Assembly: GCA_039199865.1 (NCBI GenBank)
Contig: JBCCSR010000001.1
Location: forward strand, 1-43,510
DNA from: Bacteroidota bacterium
GTDB lineage: Bacteria; Bacteroidota; Bacteroidia; Chitinophagales; Saprospiraceae
DNA: 43,510 nucleotides
Direction of reading: 5' to 3'
Position numbers and translations under genes: made by a program
Shown: in pieces, positions 31,501 to 41,200 of the stretch
Layout of the letters: each line of letters starts with the position of its first letter
How positions within the stretch are numbered: the stretch's first letter is position 1
Notes under the pieces: generated by a model
Seen by the model: only the letters and a program-made list of their open reading frames with translations
What the model was told of the DNA's origin: nothing
Database searches by the model: none

Positions 31501-33417
31501 GGCGGTTCGACCTTCAGCAAAAGTTCGGAGGACGTCGACATTTGCCGCATGGCCATTCCAGCCACTTTGCCATTTGTCAAAATGTTGTTGCATCTCGGGG
31601 ATGAACGTATTTTCTAGGTCATCAATGCGTTGGAGCATCCGTTCTCGGGTAAAGACCGTATTGAGCAAATCGGCTCCTCGATTGATGAAGTAATTTTTGG
31701 CTTGTTCATTTTCCATGATTCTTCTGAGGAGGAGCGTTGCCGGAGGACGATTGTAGTATTCATCGCTATCTTCGGCCAAACAAATTTCGATCATGTCGGT
31801 GGTAAAGTCACCGCTGTTCCAAACGCTATTGATGGGGCGTAGTCCGAAGCCAAAATCAAAATCTTTGGACAACCAACGCCATTTTCCTTCGGGACTTCGT
31901 TCTCGCCAGTGGCGATTGTTGTTGCCTGGCCAGTCATTATTGTCACAAATGATGCCGTGCAACATGTAGTCGATGAAATGATCGACGTCAGCTCTTTCTT
32001 TGAGCAATTCAAAATTGGCGTCCGTGCTAAAATTATTTTCTTCTAGGAACTGATTGAAAGCATCCCACTCCACTAGATCTCCCGTTTTGAGTTCATCTAT
32101 ATCTTCGACCACGTCTACTTCCTCTTTTCCAATTCCGTAGTGGGTATCGATGTAGCGCCAATTCATTTGCTCCCGAACATTCTGAATGCCCCAGTATTCT
32201 CCATTGATATAAAGAATGGCGGGACGAAAAGATTGAAGATCAAGATCGGGTTGTTGGATCAGGCCATTGAGATCTGAAACGTCTTGCATTAAACCTTGTT
32301 CGAGTGCATCGCGAAACATGGTCTTGTTCCAGTCTTGTCCGGACTGTCGCATTACAAAGCTGCGGTATTGCTCAAATTCGAGTTGTGGAAAGATGGAATG
32401 TTCGAAGAATTCATTGCCCAAGCTCGCCTTGGCTTTCATCTTCAAGGATTTTTGCGGAAGCGAGAGGCTGCCTTTTCCGTGTAATTCAATTTCAATATTT
32501 TGCGAAAAGGCTAAAGTACCGTCTGGTTCAAAAAATTGGATGTGAGCCGGTTTTTCCAATTCTTCTTCATAATTGGTAAAGAGTCCATCGCTCGAATCGT
32601 ACAAATTATCGGGATCAGTCGTCATGGTGACAACGATAAAGTCATGCTCTACGTCGATGAGATACGTCTGAGTCATCACGGGACTGGGGTCAGCATTTGG
32701 AGCGTAGGCAATCGCTCTGACAGCGGTGGTTTCATCTATTTGAATGGGACCTTGATAGGAGCTGTCGCCTTCATCGGGAAGGGTCCCATCGAGGGTGTAA
32801 TAGATGCTTGCTCCCGGAGTAGCAGAGCTGAGACTAATGGTGGTCGTCCCGTTGTAAAAACCACCTTCTTGACTGGCAATGGGAATTTCTGCAACGCCCG
32901 TTCCGACGGGAGTATCATTGCTACCATTTGGCGTCGGTGTACTGAAAAAGTTCCAGTCGGGCCCTCCGTCGGGACGGCGACCTTCCGACACATCGGCGAG
33001 CTGGGCGCCAAAAGTGTAGGCATCAATTTCCGTAACGCCATCACTGGCAAATAGGCCAATGGCTTCTCCGCTGGCACCAAGTTTGGCATCTACGTGTAAA
33101 ATGCCTTGGTCGGTATCTTTGTCGAAATAGAAGACCAAAAAGGCACCGGGTGCAATCGTCGTTGCGGCGGGATCACTGGCCGGAATTTGCCAGACGGTAG
33201 GCTCGGACAAATCATCCGTAAAATACATGCCCGCCATGTTGACCGCAGTCGTTCCGGCATTGTAAATCTCTACCCAATCTTCAAATTCTCCGGCTTCATC
33301 CGTCAAACCAGTATCGTTGGAAGCGAGAAATTCATTGATTAAGAGTTGAGGATTTTGGGCCTGTAAAACATAGAAAAACAGGCATTGGCTCAGAATGAGG
33401 AGTGTCGTCTTCTTCAT
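28513..33417 (-). CDS. Large secreted multidomain surface protein. Domain order: LTD, Fn3-associated/CHB_HEX_C-like, CotH, LTD, HYR repeats with a nested C-type lectin, GEVED, T9SS C-terminal sorting domain.
   Basis: Motifs seen: signal peptide (MKKTTLLILSQCLFFYVLQAQ); lamin-tail-like (LLINEFLASND..DWVEIYNAG and IVINEINYNSP..DWIELYNPN); CotH-like core (FEHSIFPQL..RSFVMRQSGQDW..MFRDAL). Also HYR-like units (CP.D..V....G...A.V.W..P......VSYE.SD.CGN...CSF.V), C-type lectin (WTTAQANCLALGGHLAVINDAEENAFI..YIGLSD..WVNGD), GEVEDYTISV, and the tail (FHVYPNPARDHLMIES..GMYLLRLINENGERFTLKFTVQ). Confidence 0.85.
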   Translation of the reverse strand: MKKTTLLILSQCLFFYVLQAQNPQLLINEFLASNDTGLTDEAGEFEDWVEIYNAGTTAVNMAGMYFTDDLSEPTVWQIPASDPAATTIAPGAFLVFYFDKDTDQGILHVDAKLGASGEAIGLFASDGVTEIDAYTFGAQLADVSEGRRPDGGPDWNFFSTPTPNGSNDTPVGTGVAEIPIASQEGGFYNGTTTISLSSATPGASIYYTLDGTLPDEGDSSYQGPIQIDETTAVRAIAYAPNADPSPVMTQTYLIDVEHDFIVVTMTTDPDNLYDSSDGLFTNYEEELEKPAHIQFFEPDGTLAFSQNIEIELHGKGSLSLPQKSLKMKAKASLGNEFFEHSIFPQLEFEQYRSFVMRQSGQDWNKTMFRDALEQGLMQDVSDLNGLIQQPDLDLQSFRPAILYINGEYWGIQNVREQMNWRYIDTHYGIGKEEVDVVEDIDELKTGDLVEWDAFNQFLEENNFSTDANFELLKERADVDHFIDYMLHGIICDNNDWPGNNNRHWRERSPEGKWRWLSKDFDFGFGLRPINSVWNSGDFTTDMIEICLAEDSDEYYNRPPATLLLRRIMENEQAKNYFINRGADLLNTVFTRERMLQRIDDLENTFIPEMQQHFDKWQSGWNGHAANVDVLRTFAEGRTAEVREHFADNFGEINGQATVTLNANPAEGGSIQWSTLNVGPALFPWQGIYFRGNNVPATAQPARGYLFDSWSGAANGNTLAVSVPINASTENLTANFTLGSTSTDAIVINEINYNSPDTPDPADWIELYNPNNFAVDISAWYLEDESGEFYGFPANTIMEAGAYFVLAEDALAFNSIYPEVDQVFGSFGEGPNAFGLSGKGERITLKNAAGLLIDEVEYDDKSPWPTAADGEGPTLQLIQANLDNALAASWAGFPATPGAINQGGLALFCPTDIEIFVLPGATGELVTWTLDPAITVCASGVTNLIQTAGPNSGQFFPIGTTTVSYEVSDECGNTSACSFEVKVIVDTGTLTVECPDNLAVTTAQGANSAMANWSAPSANSTCGIGTVSVAQIDGPASGTDLAIGTYAVTYRISDDCGNQMECNFQVEIIDGNSGIDLSCPEDISLVLPLGAESVAVNWDGPVASTNCEEGGLVNPNCGTNLAGFTFVGTYEGHEYYLSEQKVRWTTAQANCLALGGHLAVINDAEENAFIANNVAVKVYIGLSDFNSEGNPEWVNGDAVTYSNIEPTNDNNASNNFAYFQPWNARWNWYSNAVFKYYLLELDCADESGLQIQQSSGPANGAALTAGTYTVSYEASDNCGGFTQCSFDITVEGNPQNLAITCPDDITVFAPSGATGTEVFWNLPQASNDNCLGAIEVNQTQGAPLGSFFPVGNYTISYEATDACANLVSCSFALTVLPEVSNGDYCASEGDKPWEEYIGNFSFGNLNQSSGKEGYADFTDLSALVEAGSTYPMSIQPEFSWTQYDTYFQVWIDFNQDFDFNDPNELVYAYIRPAQQGGSDVLPLTDNVSIPVDALAGNTRMRVSMSRGNYAAACELFEFGEVEDYTISVISSDVVQRSEHSGDVANKTIANKVSHQGFHVYPNPARDHLMIESLDSDIAIRQLEIFNMAGQRLFVQNVNLGQPIIRHQLNDYSRGMYLLRLINENGERFTLKFTVQ

Positions 33418-33828
33418 GGGGTAAAAATTAACTGGGTGTAAAGTAATTAGCTTTTAATTTAATATCATTTATTGTTAGGCATCCCAAACGGAGTTGGCGT
33501 CTATCGAAACCATTGTCAATAGAAGGGGCCATTACACGGATGGACTGCAAATGCTTTCCTTGGGGACGGAATTAAATCGGCAAGTAGTCTTATTATTATC
33601 TATAAATGCAGACACTAAAATACACAAATAATTAGCTTCACAAGGAAATTAAGCAACAAAGTTTTAGACTTTTATCACGATGGATACAACTCATTGGCTA
33701 AACGATTGGCTGGAAACCGTTCGTCGCCCAACGCTTTAGAAGCAATAGCATAGTTTGGAAGGCCTGCACTTTAGGTCGTTTGTGCAGCGCTAAAGGAGGG
33801 GCTTTTTCCATGTTATTTTATCCCGGTT

Positions 33829-36552
33829 TTATTCTCGGACAAACAATAGCGCTTCGCCATTTTTTTCTTCCAAATTGGGAAAAGCCCAAATGGGTTTGGT
33901 ATTGGATTCCAGAGATTTGAATGAATAAACGGCATAGGTGAGGTGGCCTTCATTTTTGACCTGCGGGGTTTTGTATTGGACATCTTCCCCCTTCCCCCGA
34001 CCCACGGTGACCTCACAATCCGAGCAGTCCTTAAAGACGACAACATAGAGGTATTCTTTGTCTCGATCAAAGAACGCATTGATGGCCAGGGCTGCATACT
34101 TATTGATATTGGTGCCTTTGGTATGTCGCGCCAATTCGTAGCCTCGATCTTTGGCTACTGATTTGAAATTGAGAATGAATTGCTCTACCTCTTCTTCTGG
34201 ACTGAGTGCTGGTGTTGCTTCCTCCCGGGTTGAAGCGCCATCCTCTTGAGGCTCATTTTGCTTGTCACTAGCAGTTGACTGATGGTCTATTGGAAGGGGT
34301 TCTCGCTGTGGTGCGGTGGCATTGGCGGCCGTGGTTTCGGTGGTTAGCGGGGGGGGAGTATTGCATTCAATGGGTTTTTTGATGATGCGACTCCTTTCTA
34401 ATTTATCTGTGGTGTATTGTTGACTTGCTTTTTGACCATCCGCAAATTGCATGGTAAATGAGCCTTCCTTTTGATCATTGCTCCAGGTTCCACTCAAAAT
34501 ATTTCCGTTGTAAAAAACGAATCGACCATTCCCTTCTTTTATGCCCTGGTTTAGGGGACCATCATAATAGCCCTCTTTTCCAAAGATTTTTACTTGGCCC
34601 GTATGTACGAGTATTCCTTTTTTGTAGTTCAAACTTTGTACATCTCCACTGGGACCGACCAAGGTAAATGCTCCCTCTCTTTTTCCTGCTTTATAGCTGC
34701 CATCTTCAACTACCTCATTGTCGTAAAAAATAATACCTGGGCCATTCTTGACACCTGCCTTAAAATCGCCTTCAAAAAAACCATTGTCTAGTTTTATTTT
34801 GAGATGACCACTGCTGAGGAGTTGATTGCTTTTGTATTCCAACTCTTGTACTGCACCGTCGGGATAGGTACAAGTAACGACTCCATCTAGCTTGCCATAT
34901 TTGTAATTGCGTTGTTCGACCGTGCCGTCGTGATAAGTGATGGTGGCTGGGCCATGCCGCAATCCCTTGATGTAGTCGCAATCCACTGCGCCGTAACTTT
35001 CGATGAGGCGAACCCGTCCACTGCTAATCAATCGGCCTCGTTCATAGGTGCATTGCTGGCTTGTCCCATCCGGCGCTTTTACCGTAAAACGGCCTTCTTT
35101 GGTGCCGCGATTGAAATGGCCTTGCAAGGTGGTCCCGTCGGGATAAAACCAAGTGCCGGTTCCGTGGATGCGATTGTCGATATAAGTACCTTCAAAGCGT
35201 CGGCCAGATTTGGCGATGGTGTATTTGGCTTTACCATCTCTTTGATCATTTTTCCAATCGCCTTCAAAAAGGTTACCACTGTTGCGCCAGCGATAGGTTC
35301 CGTAACCATGTCTTTGATAATTGCGTATCTCCCCCTCGTAAACATCTCCCGTATTTTTTCGGAGGATCACCGTACCTTGTAAGACATCATTTTCCCATTC
35401 CCCTTCCCACACTGTTCCATCCTTGGCAACAAAGGTGCCCTGTCCATGCCTTTTTCCGTTTTTAATCGTACCCGTGTAGCAGCCGGTTTGTCCTCCTTTT
35501 CCTGGAAAGGAAAAGGTACCGGATTCAAGTGGTGGAGGGCTTGCTTCTATGGGGGCGGTGCTTGGTAGCTCGAGTGGTTCTTCTTGAAATATTTCATCGT
35601 TTTGACTTGCTTCTTCTTCCTTGGCGAGGTCTGTGTTTGCTTGAACGGGGACTTCATCGGTAGCATCTGAGATTGGTGCTGTTGGCGCCTCGACCGTGTT
35701 GCTTCGATCTTTGGAGATGGAGAGTAAAGTTTGCGAACCGCTCCGGCGTAGCTCGACCAGGTAGTCTTGTCTGTTTTTGCTCAGATAAATTTTGTAAGTC
35801 TCATCCTCCACACCACGATCCACAATTTGGAAATCATTGCCAAAACGGCTGATCCGTTCCAAATGGCTTTGTAAGGCGACAAAAGGGAAGGTCACATATC
35901 TTCCTAAAATTTGATAAATCTGTCCCGTAAAAACATCGACGAAATAACTTTCACTGGCCGCATAAAAAGATAAATTGCATTTGAAGCGTTCGATGCCTTC
36001 ACTGCTTTCTTTGATAAAACTGCCTTTGAGACCAGCAAAATCATTGCCTCCACTTTGAAGAATAAGCTCAAGGTTACTCTGAAAATCGCTTTGATTTAGA
36101 GCGGAAAAGGCCAATAGCGTTGACTGCCCTTTTGCTGTCTTGAATTGTAAAAAGCCAATTGTTTTTCTTCCTTTGCGGACTTTGAAAATTTCTGCTCCTG
36201 CTGTTCTACTCACTTGATGAATGCTATGGCTTCCTTCATAACTTTGAAGATCATCCAACAGAGAAAGTCGATCTGACTCGCTATCAAACAAACTTTGGTG
36301 ATAGCGAATTCCCGAATCTTCAATGATCAGATAGGCGAGATTTCCATCGATAGAAAGTCCTGTTTCATAAATGTTGGCCTTACTTTTTGCCAGTCCGGAG
36401 TCCGTACTTTTTTCTCCTTTGACATCATTCAATTGATTCTCCAGACTATTGAAGAGGCTACTGAGGTCTTCGTTTAGGATGCCTTTGGCAGCAAAAAGAG
36501 GGGCATGGATCAACAAGCAAGTGATCAGTAGAATTGGAAAGTAAGGTCTCAT
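33829..36552 (-). CDS. Secreted MORN-repeat protein (907 aa from the preferred start)
   Basis: The preferred start MRPYFPILLITCLLIHAPLFAAKG (ATG at 36552) gives a signal peptide. The ORF-track start at 36720 adds 56 aa with no signal. More than 15 MORN-like units are present (YTGTIKNGKRHGQGTF, YEGEIRNYQRHGYGTY, FEGDWKNDQRDGKAKY, FEGTYIDNRIHGTGTW, LSGTWSNDQKEGSFTM ...). Confidence 0.8.
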   Translation of the reverse strand: MRPYFPILLITCLLIHAPLFAAKGILNEDLSSLFNSLENQLNDVKGEKSTDSGLAKSKANIYETGLSIDGNLAYLIIEDSGIRYHQSLFDSESDRLSLLDDLQSYEGSHSIHQVSRTAGAEIFKVRKGRKTIGFLQFKTAKGQSTLLAFSALNQSDFQSNLELILQSGGNDFAGLKGSFIKESSEGIERFKCNLSFYAASESYFVDVFTGQIYQILGRYVTFPFVALQSHLERISRFGNDFQIVDRGVEDETYKIYLSKNRQDYLVELRRSGSQTLLSISKDRSNTVEAPTAPISDATDEVPVQANTDLAKEEEASQNDEIFQEEPLELPSTAPIEASPPPLESGTFSFPGKGGQTGCYTGTIKNGKRHGQGTFVAKDGTVWEGEWENDVLQGTVILRKNTGDVYEGEIRNYQRHGYGTYRWRNSGNLFEGDWKNDQRDGKAKYTIAKSGRRFEGTYIDNRIHGTGTWFYPDGTTLQGHFNRGTKEGRFTVKAPDGTSQQCTYERGRLISSGRVRLIESYGAVDCDYIKGLRHGPATITYHDGTVEQRNYKYGKLDGVVTCTYPDGAVQELEYKSNQLLSSGHLKIKLDNGFFEGDFKAGVKNGPGIIFYDNEVVEDGSYKAGKREGAFTLVGPSGDVQSLNYKKGILVHTGQVKIFGKEGYYDGPLNQGIKEGNGRFVFYNGNILSGTWSNDQKEGSFTMQFADGQKASQQYTTDKLERSRIIKKPIECNTPPPLTTETTAANATAPQREPLPIDHQSTASDKQNEPQEDGASTREEATPALSPEEEVEQFILNFKSVAKDRGYELARHTKGTNINKYAALAINAFFDRDKEYLYVVVFKDCSDCEVTVGRGKGEDVQYKTPQVKNEGHLTYAVYSFKSLESNTKPIWAFPNLEEKNGEALLFVRE
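34440..35481 (-). repeat. MORN repeat array (protein level); boundaries approximate
   Basis: The unit Y/F-x-G-x-W/Y/F-x-x-x-x-x-x-G-x-G recurs every ~23 aa across this span. Confidence 0.7.
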
Positions 36553-36762
36553 TTTTTTGCATTTAGTGTAGGAGACTTGAAATTGGATGGTAGGAACGAG
36601 GGACTGTCCATTTTCAAAGTGAAGGTAAGAAAAGATCAGGCCATGGTTACTATTTCCGATGCGACAAAAGTCTCTTGTCAAAGGTAAAGAATTTCCAGAA
36701 AATGCTTTTTTCATCAGCAAAACGATATTACATTTAGCTTTATTTTCTCAATCTACTTCCCA

Positions 36763-37872
36763 ATGAGCCACTTATTAAAAGACCTTTACTCTCCTGACTT
36801 TTACCAAAATTTTCTGAATGCTTTTCAAAAGGTCTCGCCTAAGGTAGATCGAGAGGCCTTCTTATCGAGTATTTTTGATGAGCAGTGGGAGCAAAGGGAG
36901 CTCAAAGATCGCATGCGCCATACTACCAAAACCATGCACCAGTGGATGCCTACCCATTTTAAAAAGGCAGTGGCGCTGATGAAAAAATTGCTGAAGGTTT
37001 TGGAGAATGAGGGCATCCAAGAAACCAGCGTAGAGTATATGTTTTTGCCCGACTATCTGGAATTGTACGGTTTGGAACATTGTAAGACTTCGCTCGCCGC
37101 AATGGAATGGTTGACACCCTTCACTAGTTGTGAATTTGCCATTCGACCATTTATTGTTCGTTATCCCGAAATACTGATTCCACAAATATTGGCCTGGACA
37201 ACACACTCGGATCTTCACCTTCGACGTTTGGCCAGCGAAGGTTGCCGTCCGCGCTTGCCTTGGGCGATGGCTTTACCGGAATTGAAGAAAGATCCAAGTC
37301 CCATTTTACCCATATTGGCCCAACTTAAAAATGACCCCAGCGAATATGTTCGCAAGAGTGTCGCCAATAATCTCAATGATATTTCCAAAGATCATCCAGA
37401 ACTGGTTTTACGGATCGGCCGGGAATGGAAAGGGCGGAGTAAAGCAACGGATTGGATCATCAAACACGCATGCCGTACGCTACTCAAAGCGGGCAATAAA
37501 ACTGCCATGCAACTTTTTGGCTACAGCCCAACCGACCAACTCCAAGTTCACCAATTTGATCTACAAGCCAAAGAGGTGCGTATAGGCGAAACGTTGAATT
37601 TCTCCTTTCAAATGACCAATAGCGCTCCGCAAGAAGCATTGCTTCGCATCGAATACGGGATCGATTATTTGCGGGCCAATGGTAGTCTATCGCGGAAGGT
37701 GTTCAAAATTACGGAGCGCAAGCTAGCAGCTGGGGCAAGGCTCAAAATGGAGCGCAAACAATCGTTTCGCATCATCACAACGAAAACCTTTTATCCGGGG
37801 AGGCATCAACTGGCTTTGATTGTCAATGGGGAGGAAATGGGTTGTTTGAGTTTCGAACTTTTGCCCAAGTAA
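36763..37872 (+). CDS. DNA alkylation repair protein (HEAT-like repeat, AlkC/AlkD/YhaZ-type family)
   Basis: 369 aa with the motif block W..HSDLHLRRLASEGCRPRLPWAMALPELKKDPSPILPILAQLKNDPSEYVRKSVANNLNDISKDHPE, which is characteristic of the DNA_alkylation family as I recall it. Confidence 0.75.
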   Translation: MSHLLKDLYSPDFYQNFLNAFQKVSPKVDREAFLSSIFDEQWEQRELKDRMRHTTKTMHQWMPTHFKKAVALMKKLLKVLENEGIQETSVEYMFLPDYLELYGLEHCKTSLAAMEWLTPFTSCEFAIRPFIVRYPEILIPQILAWTTHSDLHLRRLASEGCRPRLPWAMALPELKKDPSPILPILAQLKNDPSEYVRKSVANNLNDISKDHPELVLRIGREWKGRSKATDWIIKHACRTLLKAGNKTAMQLFGYSPTDQLQVHQFDLQAKEVRIGETLNFSFQMTNSAPQEALLRIEYGIDYLRANGSLSRKVFKITERKLAAGARLKMERKQSFRIITTKTFYPGRHQLALIVNGEEMGCLSFELLPK

Positions 37873-37875
37873 CAG

Positions 37876-37900
37876 ACTGCATTTTTTTTGCAGTTTTATT
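37876..37900 (+). terminator. Weak intrinsic terminator after the alkylation-repair gene
   Basis: actgca (37876-37881) pairs with tgcagt (37889-37894) around a T-only loop, followed by tttatttt. The stem is only 6 bp. Confidence 0.4.
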
Positions 37901-38286
37901 TTGTTGAAAAGGGCTATTTCTTTCTGTTAAATTCATTTTTCGTGAAACTTTTTCTGAGTTCCTACGCTATTATTTATGTACGTTCTCAAATAAGTAAATT
38001 GCAAAACGCCCGTCTATCATTATTTGCAATGATTGAATTTGTCAAATAAAATTTTACTGTTGCGTTTTGTAAAATCGATCTAGAGCAAAAGCTAGATGGA
38101 GGGTACGAATATTGCGAAAAGGCCCAGCATTTTCGTCTTGATAAAAAAATCATAACCACTTTTAATCGCTGAGTATTGACTGTTATCAGTCCTTGGGAGA
38201 CCTGTTGTCGTCCCGCTAAACTGATGCTAAGCCCATTGATTGGACCTTGGCTAAGGAACTATTTTGTATGTTTTAAAAATTGAACA

Positions 38287-41200
38287 ATGATTCGAGCAAT
38301 GAAAACTAGGGGAGGCATCCTGCAAACTTTTGTTTTGCGAACTGCGATGATGTTTTGCTTTTTGGGTTTGACGCTTGCCGCTCATGCCCAAGCAATTAAC
38401 AATGAAGTGGGCGATGTGGTGATGCCTGCTCCCAATGCGGCAAGTCTGGGCAAATATGGGGATATTCCCGTGGGTTATTATACGGGCGTTCCATCAGTGG
38501 GTGTCCCCATTCACACGGTTCAAGAGGGACCGCTTTCTCTGGACATTTCACTTAGCTATCATGCCTCCGGACTCAAAGTTGGAGAGATGGCCAGTTGGGT
38601 GGGGCAAGGATGGAGTTTGAATGCGGGAGGAAGCATCAGCCGAACGGTACAAGGATTGCGAGACGAAGGGCCTGGGGGCTATTACTATTTTGGTCATGAA
38701 ATTCCGGATCATCAACAAGATTATTGTGGGTTTTATGATTATTTACGCCAAGTCAATGACAATGTTCGAGACAATGAACCCGATATCTTTTCCTTTAACA
38801 TTGGCGGTTACAGTGGTAAATTTTATCTAGACAATCAGGTGAGTTTGTCTGCGGAAGAGAGAGTGGTATTGATTCCACAACAGGATCTGAAAGTAGTTCC
38901 CATTTTTAAAGGAGCTCCAAATGATGCCGTTCATTTGTGTGGTTTTGAAATCGTTGCACCGGATGGAACCATTTATCAGTTTGGCGATGCTACGGGGACC
39001 GATGGGATCAACAAAGGGATCGAGATGACAACCAATTCTTTTCAATCTCCGGTGGCTCCCTCAAGTTGGCATCTGACCAAAATTTTATCTTTTGACGATC
39101 GACATACTATTTATTTCAATTATGAAGGGGAAAGTTATGCCTATCCATTCTTAGCTTCAGAATACAATACCTGTGGAGGACAGCATGATATTACGAACAC
39201 AGGGAACAACAATGTTGATTTTGGACATTCGTGGATGAATGGTTGGCGATTAAAAGAAATCAGTACCAGTAAAGAATTCATTGAATTCATTGCAGGAGGG
39301 GATCGACAGGATTTGGAAGAAAATTTTCACTTTAATAATAATCAACCCCGAGCAAAAGAGTTGGATAAAATCGTCGTTACTTCCGGTGCCTTTTGCCAGG
39401 AGTTTGTATTGAATACCGATTATTTTATTGACGATACCGAACATGCCATTACCGCAACTTCAACGGGTATTTCTGCCAATAAGCGCTTGCGTTTATTGAG
39501 TGTTCAGGAAAAGCCATGCGAAGGAAGTGATGGAAGCACCGCGGCCAAGCCTCCGTATGTTTTTGAATACTACGGCAATGGCAATTTCTTACCCAATCGT
39601 TTGTCCTGGGCGATTGACCACTGGGGTTTTTACAATGGTGTAGATGATAACAATAACCACAAAGGCAATCGGCTTAACATTCCCAAAACCCTGGGTTATT
39701 TTTACACTCCCAATCTTCAGGCCACTCAATATATTGAATACGATGGTCGATCAGACCGCTCTACTCACGAAGAGCCAATGAAGTGGGGAACCTTAAGTAA
39801 AATTACTTATCCCACCGGAGGATTTACCACTTTTGAATACGAGGCCAATGAATACTATGGGGATTTTGTGGAAACGGAGATGATCCTAAATCATACCACA
39901 GCGTGCAATATTCCTACGACGAGCTATTCTACCACTTTTCAATTTGGCAGCCAAAATGAAATAGATGGTGCTACTTACATTGCAGTGCTTGAGGATACAG
40001 ATGTCACCTGTGTTGATCACCAAGGTTGTGATCCAACGAGTGCAAGTGGTTATCAGAATATGTTGGTTACGCTGTATGAAAACCCCTTCACAACTGTCCC
40101 TCTTCAAACCGTCAGTTTGCCTCCCAATCCAATGGAGGGCAATTTGGTCGACTTGTTCACTGCTTTGGAGGTAGGGGTAACGTACAGGATTGCTGTCACC
40201 CCTTGTTATGCCAGGGCTAATTTTAAAATTCTTTCTAATGTACAAACGCAAGGCAACATCAAGGTAGGTGGCTTGCGCATCAAGAAAATAACTTCCGATA
40301 ATGCTATTGTGGAAAATGGTCCACCGATCGTTAAAACTTACGAATACCTAAATGCGAATGGAGACAATCGCTCTAGTGGAAACCTTTATCAAAAGCCCAA
40401 GTATTGGCGGGATTGGTGGATTGAAACGGATACGTCTGTTGTCAACACTACCAGTTGTCCTTACTACACGAATTTAATTTACATCCCCGATGACGACAAC
40501 TATCTTTCCATGAGGGGAGGAGGGGTCTTTTTTATGAACAATAGCATTGTTCCTTTGTCCGGTTTCGAGGGCGCTCACATCAACTATTCCCACGTTACCG
40601 AACATCTCAATGGCTTGGGCAAAAATACCTATACTTATTTTAAAGAAGATGCTATTGAATACGAAGGCTATCCCTTTGCCCCCCGCTTGGCCCGCATCCA
40701 ACAGGGCAATCAGTCGAATTCGGAAAAACGCTTGGTGTCTGGCGTACCGGTCGCTTATGACAGCAACACCCCTTATCCAGATGAATATGTTTACAGTGAT
40801 GCCCACTTATTTAAGGCGCAATGGGTGAGTACAGGTTGTGGCCTCACCCCGGGCTTCCTCAATTTTTATGAAATTCGGACCCGCCCTTATCGCCTTGCTG
40901 CAACCAGTTCAACCATCGATGGAATCACCACGACGACTTCCTACGAATACGCCGAACATGGTCTTCACCTCATGCCGATTGCCACGGAGATGGAGAATAG
41001 TGATGGGAAAGTTCATCGAACGGAAACTTTGTATGCTCCAGACCTCACTGTAAACGATACAGATCTAATTGGCATGCAAAACGATCTGGAAAGCAGGTAT
41101 ATGATTGCTCTGCCCTTGCAGGTCAAGAAATACGTAGCGGGAAATCTGGTTGGGGGACAAAAAAGCATTTATGCCAATCTCAGTGGTGCACCACGACTGA

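Noticed and set aside
33445-33638. 10-nt direct repeat taattagctt at 33445 and 33629, upstream of the CotH-family gene
   Set aside because: It is a short AT-rich match in an AT-rich intergenic region, compatible with chance, and has no associated structure or ORF.
36553-36720. 56-aa N-terminal extension of the MORN-protein ORF
   Set aside because: The extension has no signal peptide and would bury the obvious one (MRPYFPILLITCLLIHAPLFAAKG), so the internal ATG at 36552 is preferred.
37998-38030. 8-bp inverted repeat attgcaaa / tttgcaat in the 414-nt region upstream of the RHS gene, and a near-match to the TAnnTTTG box at about 38262
   Set aside because: The repeat is short and AT-rich. The putative -7 box (TATTTTG) lacks one T of the consensus and has no convincing -33 partner. 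This is insufficient to call an operator or promoter.
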